Shown: in pieces, positions 31,224 to 41,626 of the stretch
Numbering within the stretch: the stretch's first letter is position 1
Layout: every line of letters starts with the position of its first letter
Origin: Bdellovibrionota bacterium
GTDB lineage: Bacteria > Bdellovibrionota_G > JALEGL01 > DATDPG01
Assembly: GCA_963668355.1 (NCBI GenBank)
Contig: OY764265.1
Span: forward strand, 576,001 to 640,000
DNA length: 64,000 nucleotides
Direction: 5' to 3'
Translations under genes and position numbers: made by a program
Notes under the pieces: model-generated
Seen by the model: the letters and a program-made list of their open reading frames with translations, nothing else
The model's database searches: none
What the model was told of the DNA's origin: nothing

Positions 31224-32065
31224 GCAAACCTCCACACTTCTCGAATTGCGTAGGAAGCATCACGCGAGACAAAAAGAACCGCCGTCCCCCAAAACGTCAC
31301 CATCAACAGGAAGAATCCGACCACCATAAAAAAGAAAAAGCGGGCCCCCCGCCAACCAAAGACACCTCTAAAGACCAACAATAAAACGTACCAAGCCCAC
31401 GTGAGGGTCGTCAGAATAAACTTTGGATCTGAAATCCAATTCGTGGCCCAAACCGAATGAGCCAAATAAATCCCTGAGATCATTCCCAATGAAAGTGCAA
31501 CCGCTCCGAGAATTACCGAACGAATGGCAACACGATCTAAAGCTTCCAAGGAGGGAAGAAGCCTCAACCATTGGCTGAAACGTTTGTGTTTCAAATCTCG
31601 TTGAGCCAAAAGGTAAAAAAGGCCCGAAACAAAAGCGATTACAAAACTTGCGATGGCAAGAAACAACACCAAGACATGCGCTGAAAAAACCAGGGCATTC
31701 CCCAACGAAAGTGTGGGCAATGTGCGTTCCGGAAGAAACACGGCCGAAATGGCACTGAGAACGCCGGTACCACCCAACACGCCACAAAGGCCCAAAAACC
31801 GGGGGAGCCTCGCCAGATATAAGGCTGCAATGATCAAAGCAAATCCAAGCAAAGCAAAAGAGTCTTCTGCACCTGAAAAAGGCATGATGCCTGCTTTCCA
31901 CGCACGAACGTATCCCACCGACAATGCCAGACCCAAACAAAACGCTCCAGCGCGCAGAATATGGGTAAACCCTTTGGCCTCAGTGGAAGATCGAATCCAG
32001 GCGCGGACAATTCCGAATGTACCGACAAGACAAAGCGCAATTCCTGACCAATAAAGAACCTGCAT
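31208..32065 (-). CDS. ccsA: CcsA/HemX-like cytochrome c assembly membrane protein
   Basis: About 8 TMs, conserved His, LPSLEALD, W.W.SDPK motif; upstream of hemA. Confidence 0.8.
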   Translation of the reverse strand: MQVLYWSGIALCLVGTFGIVRAWIRSSTEAKGFTHILRAGAFCLGLALSVGYVRAWKAGIMPFSGAEDSFALLGFALIIAALYLARLPRFLGLCGVLGGTGVLSAISAVFLPERTLPTLSLGNALVFSAHVLVLFLAIASFVIAFVSGLFYLLAQRDLKHKRFSQWLRLLPSLEALDRVAIRSVILGAVALSLGMISGIYLAHSVWATNWISDPKFILTTLTWAWYVLLLVFRGVFGWRGARFFFFMVVGFFLLMVTFWGTAVLFVSRDASYAIREVWRFAWIWS

Positions 32066-32071
32066 TCGCCC

Positions 32072-33628
32072 TTACTTTTTCTTGGAAAAAAGCCCTTTCA
32101 AAGCTCCTCCGGACTTTCGTTCAGCCCTCATGTTCAATAAACGAAGTTCGGAGTTGGCTTCTGGATGATTAGGCGCCACCTCTAATGTCTTGGCAAAGAA
32201 CCTTTTGGCCTTGTCAAAATCCTCTTCTCCTCGGTAAACCATCCCCAGAAAGTAAAAAGCCTGTCCGAACTGATCGTTGGCGGCCACGGCCTTTTCCAAG
32301 TATTTTTTCCCACTTCGAACTTCGACTTCATTCGAGGTTCGCTTTCCATTTCGATACAGTGCCCACCCTAAGTAAACAAGGTATTCCGGCTCTTGGTCAT
32401 AAAGTTCTATGGCGTGTTTTAACGTCTTGGCTGCCCCCGCAAAATCTCCTTTTCGAATGAGAACCTGTCCCTTTTGAAATTCCACTTCGGATTCGAGAAT
32501 TTCTTGAGCTTTGGCCGCATCCAAGCCAGAAGCTTCCAATTCCAAGGTGGCTTCGTATTCCTTCCGACTTTCTTCATTGGAAAGATTGGTATGTGCCTCT
32601 GTAATCTGTGCAAAGTAAGCTTCTGCCATTTTTTGTTGATCCGGAGAAAGTTGCTTTCGCATTCGATCCGGATGAAAGGTCTTGGCCAACTTGAAGTAGG
32701 CAGCCTTAACTTCAGCCTGCGTGGCTTTTCGATCAATTTCCAAAATTTCAAAAAAGTTTTTCTTCCCCGAGGCCTCCAGCCTTCGAGTGATCTCAACCAT
32801 GATCTCAGGGATTCCTCCCGTAGAATTTGGAGGTGGCGGGGGAGTCTGAGAAGTCTCCGTTTGTCTTCTTGAGCGACGTTTGGGGGGAGAGTCTGGTGCT
32901 CGATCACTTCTTTGACCCAGGTCCACTAAGTCGAGATCTTTTAAGGCCAAAATCATGGCACGCGCACTGCCTTCATCCATTCGAGATTTTTCAATGATTT
33001 GAGCCAAATCGTTTACACCGTTAATGCCTCTAAAAAAGGCCATTTCCCGACCTTTGAAGCGAAATTTCGAGAGATCGTGAGACTGGCCTCCCACAGGAAC
33101 GGGCTTTAGTTCCAGCTTTAAGTCAGCCGCTTCCGGGGAAGCCGAATACTTCTCCATCAACCCCCTCAAAGAAACCTCTGAGAGTGTTAAATCCACACTC
33201 ACACGGACTGTATCTTCGGGAATTTCACTCAAAAGAGCATACCGACCCTCTGGCCACGTAAAAACCTCATAGAGACGAATCAACAACTGCTCTCGCAAAG
33301 CATCATTTAGAGCATTGTAATCAATGATACCCATGGTCAATAAAGCCTCTCCTTGATGACGAGCTTCTTTTCCTTTCAGCATTTCCAAGGATTGGCTGAG
33401 TTGTTCTGAGGTGATCAGGCCCTTGCCCACCAGCAACGAACCTAAGGCTTCTGATTTCACATTGGACCTCGCAGCGACCGGACGACCGTTTTCAAAAACA
33501 ATCGACTTTTTAATTTCCTCGTTCGCTAAGGCCAACACTCCGGAAAAAGAATTCTCCGAAACCCAACTGAACAACTTCTCCAAGGGCTGCTTGGATAACA
33601 TTCCTGAAGCTTGTGGTGGTGCTGTCAT
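32072..33628 (-). CDS. DUF4388-like / DnaJ / TPR protein
   Basis: SGVL..KSIVFENG...LGSLLV...FTWPEGRY N-terminal domain; J-domain with FHPD; C-terminal TPRs; start taken at MTAPPQ. Confidence 0.85.
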   Translation of the reverse strand: MTAPPQASGMLSKQPLEKLFSWVSENSFSGVLALANEEIKKSIVFENGRPVAARSNVKSEALGSLLVGKGLITSEQLSQSLEMLKGKEARHQGEALLTMGIIDYNALNDALREQLLIRLYEVFTWPEGRYALLSEIPEDTVRVSVDLTLSEVSLRGLMEKYSASPEAADLKLELKPVPVGGQSHDLSKFRFKGREMAFFRGINGVNDLAQIIEKSRMDEGSARAMILALKDLDLVDLGQRSDRAPDSPPKRRSRRQTETSQTPPPPPNSTGGIPEIMVEITRRLEASGKKNFFEILEIDRKATQAEVKAAYFKLAKTFHPDRMRKQLSPDQQKMAEAYFAQITEAHTNLSNEESRKEYEATLELEASGLDAAKAQEILESEVEFQKGQVLIRKGDFAGAAKTLKHAIELYDQEPEYLVYLGWALYRNGKRTSNEVEVRSGKKYLEKAVAANDQFGQAFYFLGMVYRGEEDFDKAKRFFAKTLEVAPNHPEANSELRLLNMRAERKSGGALKGLFSKKK

Positions 33629-33742
33629 ATCGTTGCCTTGCAGACTACCACATGCTTCGCGGGCGGCAAGTGACCGATTGACAGAGCCCCCTCTTTCCTC
33701 TAGTTTGCTTGCCGTTTCATTCACCCCATGAGGAGAGGAAGT

Positions 33743-34069
33743 ATGTCCGAAAAATTAGTTGCGTTAACCGATGATACCTTTCAAAGCGAAGTATTGGATG
33801 CATCCAAACCCACTGTGGTCGATTTTTGGGCAACCTGGTGCGCCCCTTGCCGCGCTTTGGCTCCGATTGTCGAAGAGCTGGCCGATCAATACGGCGATCA
33901 GGTCAACTTTGCAAAAATGGACATCGACCAAAACCCCTCCACCCCCATGAAAATGGGCGTCCGAGGTGTTCCCACCCTCATGATGTTCAAGGGTGGTCAG
34001 GCTGTGGATCAAGTCGTTGGGGTGGTCCCAAAAGCCAAAGTGGAAGAGTTTATTAAAAAAGTTCTTTGA
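33743..34069 (+). CDS. trxA: Thioredoxin
   Basis: DFWATWCAPC, VRGVPTL; RBS GAGGA. Confidence 0.96.
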   Translation: MSEKLVALTDDTFQSEVLDASKPTVVDFWATWCAPCRALAPIVEELADQYGDQVNFAKMDIDQNPSTPMKMGVRGVPTLMMFKGGQAVDQVVGVVPKAKVEEFIKKVL

Positions 34070-34081
34070 TTCTTTTTCTTG

Positions 34082-34116
34082 AAAAGCCCTCCTTCAATCA
34101 AAGGAGGGCTTTTTTT
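34082..34116. terminator. Bidirectional intrinsic terminator between trxA and rodA
   Basis: AAAAGCCCTCCTT-caatca-AAGGAGGGCTTTTTTT. Confidence 0.85.
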
Positions 34117-35220
34117 CTAAAATAGATATCGGCGCATGCTGATATTTAACAAAAAGCCCACTGACAATAATATTGTCAGCATGGACGTTCCTCCATAACT
34201 GAACAAAGGCAACGCCACGCCCACGACGGGCAACAAACCAATTTCCATCCCAATATTGACAAGGGCCTGAGTCGCAATGGAGGCTGTTAACCCAAAGGCC
34301 AACATCATCCCAAACGTTTCCTTCGCGCTATACGCCACATTAATCCCCAAGAATGACAGAGAAGCAAAAAGGAACAGCAAGAGTAGGGATCCCAAAAACC
34401 CAAATTCTTCCGCAAAGTTGGAAAAAACAAAGTCTGTATGTTGTTTGGGCAAAAATTGAAGTTTACTTTGAGTCCCTTTCAAAAAACCTTTTCCGGAAAG
34501 CTCCCCGGACCCAATGGCAATCTTCGACTGAATGATCTGATACCCTGCACCTAGAGCATCGCTCTCCGGATTGATGAAGGCATGCACGCGACTTTTTTGA
34601 TAGGGGCGCAATCCATACTGCCAAATGATCGGAACCGCCACCAAAGCAGTAATGGTTATCGTGATGAGAATTTTGCGTTGAATGCCCACAAACAAAATCA
34701 TGGCGCCAGCAATCATGCTAATCACAATGGCTGTTCCCAAATCGGGTTGTTTAAAAACCAGGCCCGCAGGAATCGCAACCAGAAGTAACGGTTTAATCAA
34801 CCCAAAAGAGCTAAGGGGGCGAGAAGTCCCCCGAATGTGAAAATACTTGGCCAAAGCCAAGGCAATTCCAAGTTTGGCCAGCTCGGATGGCTGAACATTG
34901 AAGCCAAAAAGCGAGATCCATCGCTGAGAACCCTGGGCCGTCTTTCCCTTAAACAGAACAAATATCAGAGCCAATACAATCAGCCCATAAATGGGATAAG
35001 CCAATCTTTCCAGCAAGCGATAATCAAACAACGTCACAAAGAGAGCTAAAAAAAGTCCAACCAAAACCCAAATGACCTGGAGTTGAAAGTAACGAGCCAC
35101 AGGCAAATTAAATGTGGCGCTATACAGATTTAAAAGACCTAGGGTCACAATCGCCAGGACGCAACTCATCAATGGCCAATCAAAATGGCTCAATAATTTT
35201 TCATCAAAAAACCGCTTCAC
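34117..35220 (-). CDS. rodA: Rod shape-determining SEDS protein RodA
   Basis: GSQRWI, QPSELAK, QPDLGT, GYQIIQSKIAIGSG, HTDFVFS, SYGGTS. Confidence 0.96.
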   Translation of the reverse strand: MKRFFDEKLLSHFDWPLMSCVLAIVTLGLLNLYSATFNLPVARYFQLQVIWVLVGLFLALFVTLFDYRLLERLAYPIYGLIVLALIFVLFKGKTAQGSQRWISLFGFNVQPSELAKLGIALALAKYFHIRGTSRPLSSFGLIKPLLLVAIPAGLVFKQPDLGTAIVISMIAGAMILFVGIQRKILITITITALVAVPIIWQYGLRPYQKSRVHAFINPESDALGAGYQIIQSKIAIGSGELSGKGFLKGTQSKLQFLPKQHTDFVFSNFAEEFGFLGSLLLLFLFASLSFLGINVAYSAKETFGMMLAFGLTASIATQALVNIGMEIGLLPVVGVALPLFSYGGTSMLTILLSVGFLLNISMRRYLF

Positions 35221-37049
35221 GACTCGTCTCCAAGGTAAGCTTCGATGATGGATCTAGCCAGAGGAGCCGCAGCCGTGCTTCCATGGCCGGCATTTTCAAC
35301 AATGACAGAAACCACAATTTGAGGGTCTTCCAAAGGAGCAACGGCAACAAACCAAGCATGATCCTCCAGTTTTTTCTGGGAATGTCGTCCCACGACTTGC
35401 GCGGTTCCAGTCTTTCCACCAATTTCAACTTTCTTGGATCGTGCTCCCCAGTAGGCCGTTCCACCTTCCTCGTTCACCACCAATCCCATGGCGTCCATAA
35501 TGAATTTCTGGTGTTCGACTGAAAGGGGAATCCGCCCGTTTTCCTCCGGGGGATATTGCTCATAGACATTTCCCTCTTCATCTTGTGACCGAAGAGCCAA
35601 ACGAGGTCGAAATAAAATTCCTCCATTGGCAACAGATGCCGTCAACACCGCCATCTGAAGGGGCGTAACCTGGAGTGCCCCCTGACCAATGGCCACAGAC
35701 AAGGTTTCGCCCCCCACCCAAGGTTGTTTGTAGACCCTTTGTTTCCAAGCGGTATCCGGAACCAACCCCCTCTCCTCTCGGTTGATCCCAATTCCAGTCG
35801 TTTTTCCCAGGCCCATCGAGCGCGCATACTTGGCGATCGTCTCGATCCCCAAGCGTTTCCCCGCTTCATAAAAATAAACATCACAGGAGTGTTTAAAGGC
35901 ATTTTTCAAATCCATCTTTCCATGCCCGGACAGTTTCCAACAACGCTTGACCTCCCTTCCCAAGCGATAAGAACCCCCACAATAAACCGTTTCGGTCACG
36001 GGAAAGAGGTTTTCAGTCAACACCGCAGCCGTTGTGACGATCTTAAACGTGGATCCCGGGGGGTACAGCCCCCGCAAAGCACGATCATAAAGAGGATTGA
36101 GAGGATCACGCAGCAGGCCTCTCCAATATTCGGACGACACACCTCGCACAAATTCGGAAGGATCAAATTCGGGTCGGCTGATCAACACCAACACATCTCC
36201 ATTCCTCGGATCTAAAGCCACAATGGCCCCAGCCTCTTTCACAAAAACCTTCTCGGCCACTTCTTGTAGTTTTGCATCCAGGGAAAGCACCAGATCTTTT
36301 CCGGGTACTGCGTCCCTGTGCCGAAAGGCGGGCAACAAATCACGTGAAGCTTCCTCCCCAATCTCTCTCCCCCATGCGTCTTCCACGTAAGGTCGAGCAC
36401 CAGGGATTCCCCGCAAAATCTCTTCGTATGTTTTCTCAATGCCGGATATTCCCCAAACATCTCCCAATTGATAGAACCGATCTCCTCCCGCTTTCAATCC
36501 TTTGAGTTCTCGTTTGTTGATCTCTCCCAGGTATCCCAACATATGGCTTCCATGTTTTCCAAAGGGATAAGAGCGAGCTGGAGAGTGAACCACAGATACG
36601 CCAGGAAATTGATGTTGCCGGGCCAGAAATCGAGCCACCCGGTCTCTGGATATGTCTCGCTGAATCACGACATGGTCATGAGGGGATCCTTTGGAGAGTC
36701 TTTTGGAAATGCCTTCCCGCTCTTTTTCGTTCCACTCAAGAACCTCAGAAAGTTCATCCAGAACTTCTGTGCGATTATCCCTCAAACGAGAAGGAAGAAT
36801 GGTTAAGTCAAAAGACGCACGACTATCGGCTATCACCTCTCCATTTCGATCCAAAATTCTTCCCCTCATGGCTGGGATTTTTCGGATGGAAATTCGATTT
36901 GCCTCCGAAAACGCCGTAAACCTTCGCCCTTGATAGATTTGCAAATACCACGTGCGTACCAAGAGAAGAGAAAAGAGGGTCAACACAATGATATTCGCCA
37001 CCATGAATCTTGATCGAACGGTGTGCTGAACTGTATCCGAAATTCTCAT
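35217..37049 (-). CDS. mrdA: Penicillin-binding protein 2
   Basis: RGRILDRNG, YPPGSTFK, SCDVYFY, GKTGTAQ. Confidence 0.96.
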   Translation of the reverse strand: MRISDTVQHTVRSRFMVANIIVLTLFSLLLVRTWYLQIYQGRRFTAFSEANRISIRKIPAMRGRILDRNGEVIADSRASFDLTILPSRLRDNRTEVLDELSEVLEWNEKEREGISKRLSKGSPHDHVVIQRDISRDRVARFLARQHQFPGVSVVHSPARSYPFGKHGSHMLGYLGEINKRELKGLKAGGDRFYQLGDVWGISGIEKTYEEILRGIPGARPYVEDAWGREIGEEASRDLLPAFRHRDAVPGKDLVLSLDAKLQEVAEKVFVKEAGAIVALDPRNGDVLVLISRPEFDPSEFVRGVSSEYWRGLLRDPLNPLYDRALRGLYPPGSTFKIVTTAAVLTENLFPVTETVYCGGSYRLGREVKRCWKLSGHGKMDLKNAFKHSCDVYFYEAGKRLGIETIAKYARSMGLGKTTGIGINREERGLVPDTAWKQRVYKQPWVGGETLSVAIGQGALQVTPLQMAVLTASVANGGILFRPRLALRSQDEEGNVYEQYPPEENGRIPLSVEHQKFIMDAMGLVVNEEGGTAYWGARSKKVEIGGKTGTAQVVGRHSQKKLEDHAWFVAVAPLEDPQIVVSVIVENAGHGSTAAAPLARSIIEAYLGDES

Positions 37050-37063
37050 TAATTATATTCCAA

Positions 37064-37621
37064 CTAAAAATTGGTCAGAGGAAACGCTCTTCGCTCATTC
37101 ATGGTTCCCGTCCAATGATCCAATCCTTTCAAAACATAGAAAACAATGGGGGCCACCATCGTCTGCAAAACCACATGGCGAAAAACCAAACCGAACTGTC
37201 CCCAATAAAGAACCTCATTGCCATGAACCATTTTCCCAAGAACGAGATGAAACAGAGCTTCCAAAACCGTAAACAGGGCCACCAAAATCATAACCGAAGT
37301 GGCCGTGGAGAGCATCACCCGCCCTTTTAAGAAGGATCCAATCAACGCAATGGAAATCACACCAAAAGAGGTGGTTTCCCCCCATGCCAAGCCAAATGCA
37401 TTGGCCAACATCCCGACAATCACCGCCCAAATCAGAGCCGAACTGCGACCTCGGTTCAGAGACAAATAAATCACGGCAATGAACGGAAAATTAAAGTTCT
37501 GAAAGGCAAAATCAGAAATGCCCGTCCCATGGGCCAATAATGTGAACATATGAGCAAAAAAGGTGGTTTGAAGAATGAACGCAATCAACAGAAATAAAAA
37601 TGTGACCAGCCCACTTCTCAT
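37064..37621 (-). CDS. mreD: Rod shape-determining protein MreD (divergent)
   Basis: Small polytopic membrane protein between mreC and mrdA. Confidence 0.7.
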   Translation of the reverse strand: MRSGLVTFLFLLIAFILQTTFFAHMFTLLAHGTGISDFAFQNFNFPFIAVIYLSLNRGRSSALIWAVIVGMLANAFGLAWGETTSFGVISIALIGSFLKGRVMLSTATSVMILVALFTVLEALFHLVLGKMVHGNEVLYWGQFGLVFRHVVLQTMVAPIVFYVLKGLDHWTGTMNERRAFPLTNF

Positions 37622-38439
37622 GGAGAGTTTCTTTTCTCTTTCAACAGAATGGAAACCTCTTCCAACTTGGTGAAATCAACATGCGGTTTCACTTTGGCCG
37701 ACATAAATAACGTTCCGGAACTCCGAGAAACCTCCGTAACGACCCCAACAGGAATCCCCTCGGGATAAACTCCATCTAGACCAGAGGAGAGAATCTGGTC
37801 CCCTTTCTGAACGTCTTCTTTTCGAGAAAGGTACTCAAAGCGAAGTTCATCTACGCCTACACCTTTTAAGATTCCTTTGGCACGAGAGCGTTGGCAAACC
37901 ACATCGATGGCACTGGCCAAATCCACCAGAAGTAAAATATCCGAAGATCGACCAAAAACTTCCAGCACCTGTCCGACCATCCCCCGGGGGTGCATAACGG
38001 CAGCGCCCTGAGTTACGCCCTCTTTTCGTCCACGATTCACACGAATCACACGCTCATAATTCGATGCTCCCAAAGCAATACGCTCTGCCAGAATCCAAGA
38101 TTGGTTCTGAAGAAAAGACATGTCCAAAAGCTCTCTCAAACGATGGTTTTCCAATTCAACCTCTTTCGCTTGAATGAGTTTCCTTTTCAAAAGATCACGC
38201 TCCAGCTCCAAATCTTCTTGTTCTTTTGAAACATGGATCAAGTAAACGTAATGATCCCAAATTCCCCCAGCCCATTCGACCATTCCGGTTACAACCCCCT
38301 GAACCGGGCTGGTCACCCAGACCACGACGCGCTCTGGAAAACTCAGAGAAGAGTCTCGTTGAACATTAAAGGAGAGAACCTGTAACCCAAGGTAGAGAAT
38401 GAGACAGACGGCAATCGCTGGCTTGGTCCATTTCGGCAT
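37618..38439 (-). CDS. mreC: Rod shape-determining protein MreC
   Basis: ENHRLRELL, GMVGQV, SSGLDGVYPEGIPVG. Confidence 0.93.
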   Translation of the reverse strand: MPKWTKPAIAVCLILYLGLQVLSFNVQRDSSLSFPERVVVWVTSPVQGVVTGMVEWAGGIWDHYVYLIHVSKEQEDLELERDLLKRKLIQAKEVELENHRLRELLDMSFLQNQSWILAERIALGASNYERVIRVNRGRKEGVTQGAAVMHPRGMVGQVLEVFGRSSDILLLVDLASAIDVVCQRSRAKGILKGVGVDELRFEYLSRKEDVQKGDQILSSGLDGVYPEGIPVGVVTEVSRSSGTLFMSAKVKPHVDFTKLEEVSILLKEKRNSP

Positions 38440-38501
38440 CTTAAGCCGTTCCCCTCAATTCAAAAACTCCCACAACCTGCCCATAGAAAGCCTTTCCCCT
38501 C

Positions 38502-39542
<1,041 letters not shown>

Positions 39543-39650
39543 TCAATTTTTATCAGAGGTTTTGACGCCCGAGAAACAAAATCATTGATTTTTAAGGGTA
39601 AAATTCTAACCTGCGCCAAGCACGAATGAATTTTTAGTTTGGAGTTTTAA

Positions 39651-41600
39651 ATGCTGACATCAATGAGATCCTCTGTTCAATCCTGGTCGATGAAGATTCT
39701 TCTGGGGGCCTTGGTTTTATCCTTTGTTTCTTTTTATGGATGGCAAGCGGGTAGTGGCTGTCAAGGGAACAGCGCCGCAGAGGTAGATGGGGAATACATT
39801 TCAGCAGAGGATTACCAGCTTCGTGTTCAAATGGTCGAGAGCAATTACCGTTCTTTGGGCCTTCTCCAAGACAATATGTCAGATGCCATGAGGGACATGC
39901 TCCGAAGAAATATTCTGGACTCCATGATCACAGAGCGCGTGAAATCCAGTGCAGCTGAGGATTTGGGGATTGCCCCCGCGCATAACGCCATTCGAGAAAA
40001 CATTCGAAAACAGTTCTCCACAGAAGATGGTGATTTTGACTTCGAGCTATATCAACGGATTTTGAAGTATCGACTTCATAAAACACCTTCCGAGTACGAG
40101 AAAGCTCAAGAACGCGCACATTTGGCCCAGGAATTCGATCAGCTCATTTCTCAGACCGCATTCATTCCTGAACCCGAACTCAGAACCCGTTATGAGCAAA
40201 AAAACAATACGGTGAGCCTGTGGTACGCCGAAGCCACCGCTCCGGCCTTGGGGATTTCCAAGAAGAAAGACATTTCGATTCAACCCGAGGAAGTCAAAAC
40301 GCATTTTGAAGCGAACAAACAAACCTACAAACTTCCCGAAGAAAGAGACCTAGAAATCATTTGGGTGGACGTAAAAGACTTGGCGAATCCCACTCAAGAA
40401 GACCTCGAAGCCGAATTGGAAGAAACTTTTCCCAAAGAGCAATACGGCACCACGCATGAAGAAAGAATCCATGCCGCTCATATTCTACTGCGCGTCACGG
40501 GCAACAACGAAGCTTCTCAACTGGAGAGGGCCTTGAACATCCGAAGAGCCTTAACCCAAGGGGGAGACTTCTGGGAAATTGCTCGAAAGGAAAGTGAAGA
40601 CTCTACCCGCACCAAAGGAGGAGATTTAGGCTATTTTGGTTTGGGAAAAATGGTCAAAGAATTTGAAAAAGCTGCTTTCGCTTTGAAGGTGGGTCAGATC
40701 TCCAACCCCGTGAAAAGCCAATTTGGGTTTCACATCATCAAGCTTCTGGATCGCATTCCATCCGGCCCTCGAACCGTGGCCCATTTAAAAAACGAACTGG
40801 TTTATCGGTGGAAAGAAAAAGCGCTGGACAAAGATGCCTCTAACAATGTGTTCATGGCAAAGGCAGACGACCTTTTAAAGAAGGCCAAAGCCAAAGGAGA
40901 AAAGAAAAAAACGCTTAAAGATCTGGATGTAGATTCTCATTTGAAGTTCATCTCTCTCAGCAAAGTAAAAAGGGGAGATAAAATTGAGGGCTTTGCAGAC
41001 GGTGCACAAATCAATCGCATGGCACAAACACTCAAGGAGGGTTCCATCAGCGATCCCATTCGAGGTTTAACCTCGTCGTTGAAGTTCTTGGTCCGTGTGA
41101 CCAAAATTCATCCTTCCGCCATTCCGGAGTTCTCCTCGGTGAAAGCAAAGGTGGAAGAAGATTTGCGTAAAAAGAAAGAGAATGAACTCATTGAAAAAAA
41201 GACGGAACAACTTCTTGCTTCTTGGATCAAAAAGAACCTGAGTGTGGAAGAAGCGAAGAAAAAAACTTCCTTGGAATTCAAGGAAACATCTCATTTTTCT
41301 CCCACCTCTTCTCATCGAATTCCAGGAGTCGGTGTCAATGCAGAAGTGATGAAAGAGGCCTTTAATCTCACTCCCGAGAACCCCTATATGGCCAGACCTC
41401 ATCGAATCTCAAATCGGTGGTATGTCTTTGCCCTCAAAGAGCGAAAAAAACCCGATTGGGAGAAATTCAAAAAAGACTTTGAGGATCTGCAACGCGTCGC
41501 CGAGGAAGAAGAAGGAAGACAACGTACCCGATCCTGGACCGAAGCCTTAAAAAAAGACGCGAACATTAAAAAGTTTATTTTAAGCGCGAACGCCCAATAA
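39651..41600 (+). CDS. ppiD: PpiD/SurA-type periplasmic chaperone with parvulin PPIase domain
   Basis: N-terminal anchor, HAAHILL, SED...KGGDLGYF, MVKEFEKAAF, SQFGFHIIK. Confidence 0.88.
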   Translation: MLTSMRSSVQSWSMKILLGALVLSFVSFYGWQAGSGCQGNSAAEVDGEYISAEDYQLRVQMVESNYRSLGLLQDNMSDAMRDMLRRNILDSMITERVKSSAAEDLGIAPAHNAIRENIRKQFSTEDGDFDFELYQRILKYRLHKTPSEYEKAQERAHLAQEFDQLISQTAFIPEPELRTRYEQKNNTVSLWYAEATAPALGISKKKDISIQPEEVKTHFEANKQTYKLPEERDLEIIWVDVKDLANPTQEDLEAELEETFPKEQYGTTHEERIHAAHILLRVTGNNEASQLERALNIRRALTQGGDFWEIARKESEDSTRTKGGDLGYFGLGKMVKEFEKAAFALKVGQISNPVKSQFGFHIIKLLDRIPSGPRTVAHLKNELVYRWKEKALDKDASNNVFMAKADDLLKKAKAKGEKKKTLKDLDVDSHLKFISLSKVKRGDKIEGFADGAQINRMAQTLKEGSISDPIRGLTSSLKFLVRVTKIHPSAIPEFSSVKAKVEEDLRKKKENELIEKKTEQLLASWIKKNLSVEEAKKKTSLEFKETSHFSPTSSHRIPGVGVNAEVMKEAFNLTPENPYMARPHRISNRWYVFALKERKKPDWEKFKKDFEDLQRVAEEEEGRQRTRSWTEALKKDANIKKFILSANAQ

Positions 41601-41626
41601 CCCCCAACCGATCAAACGTGAAGCGT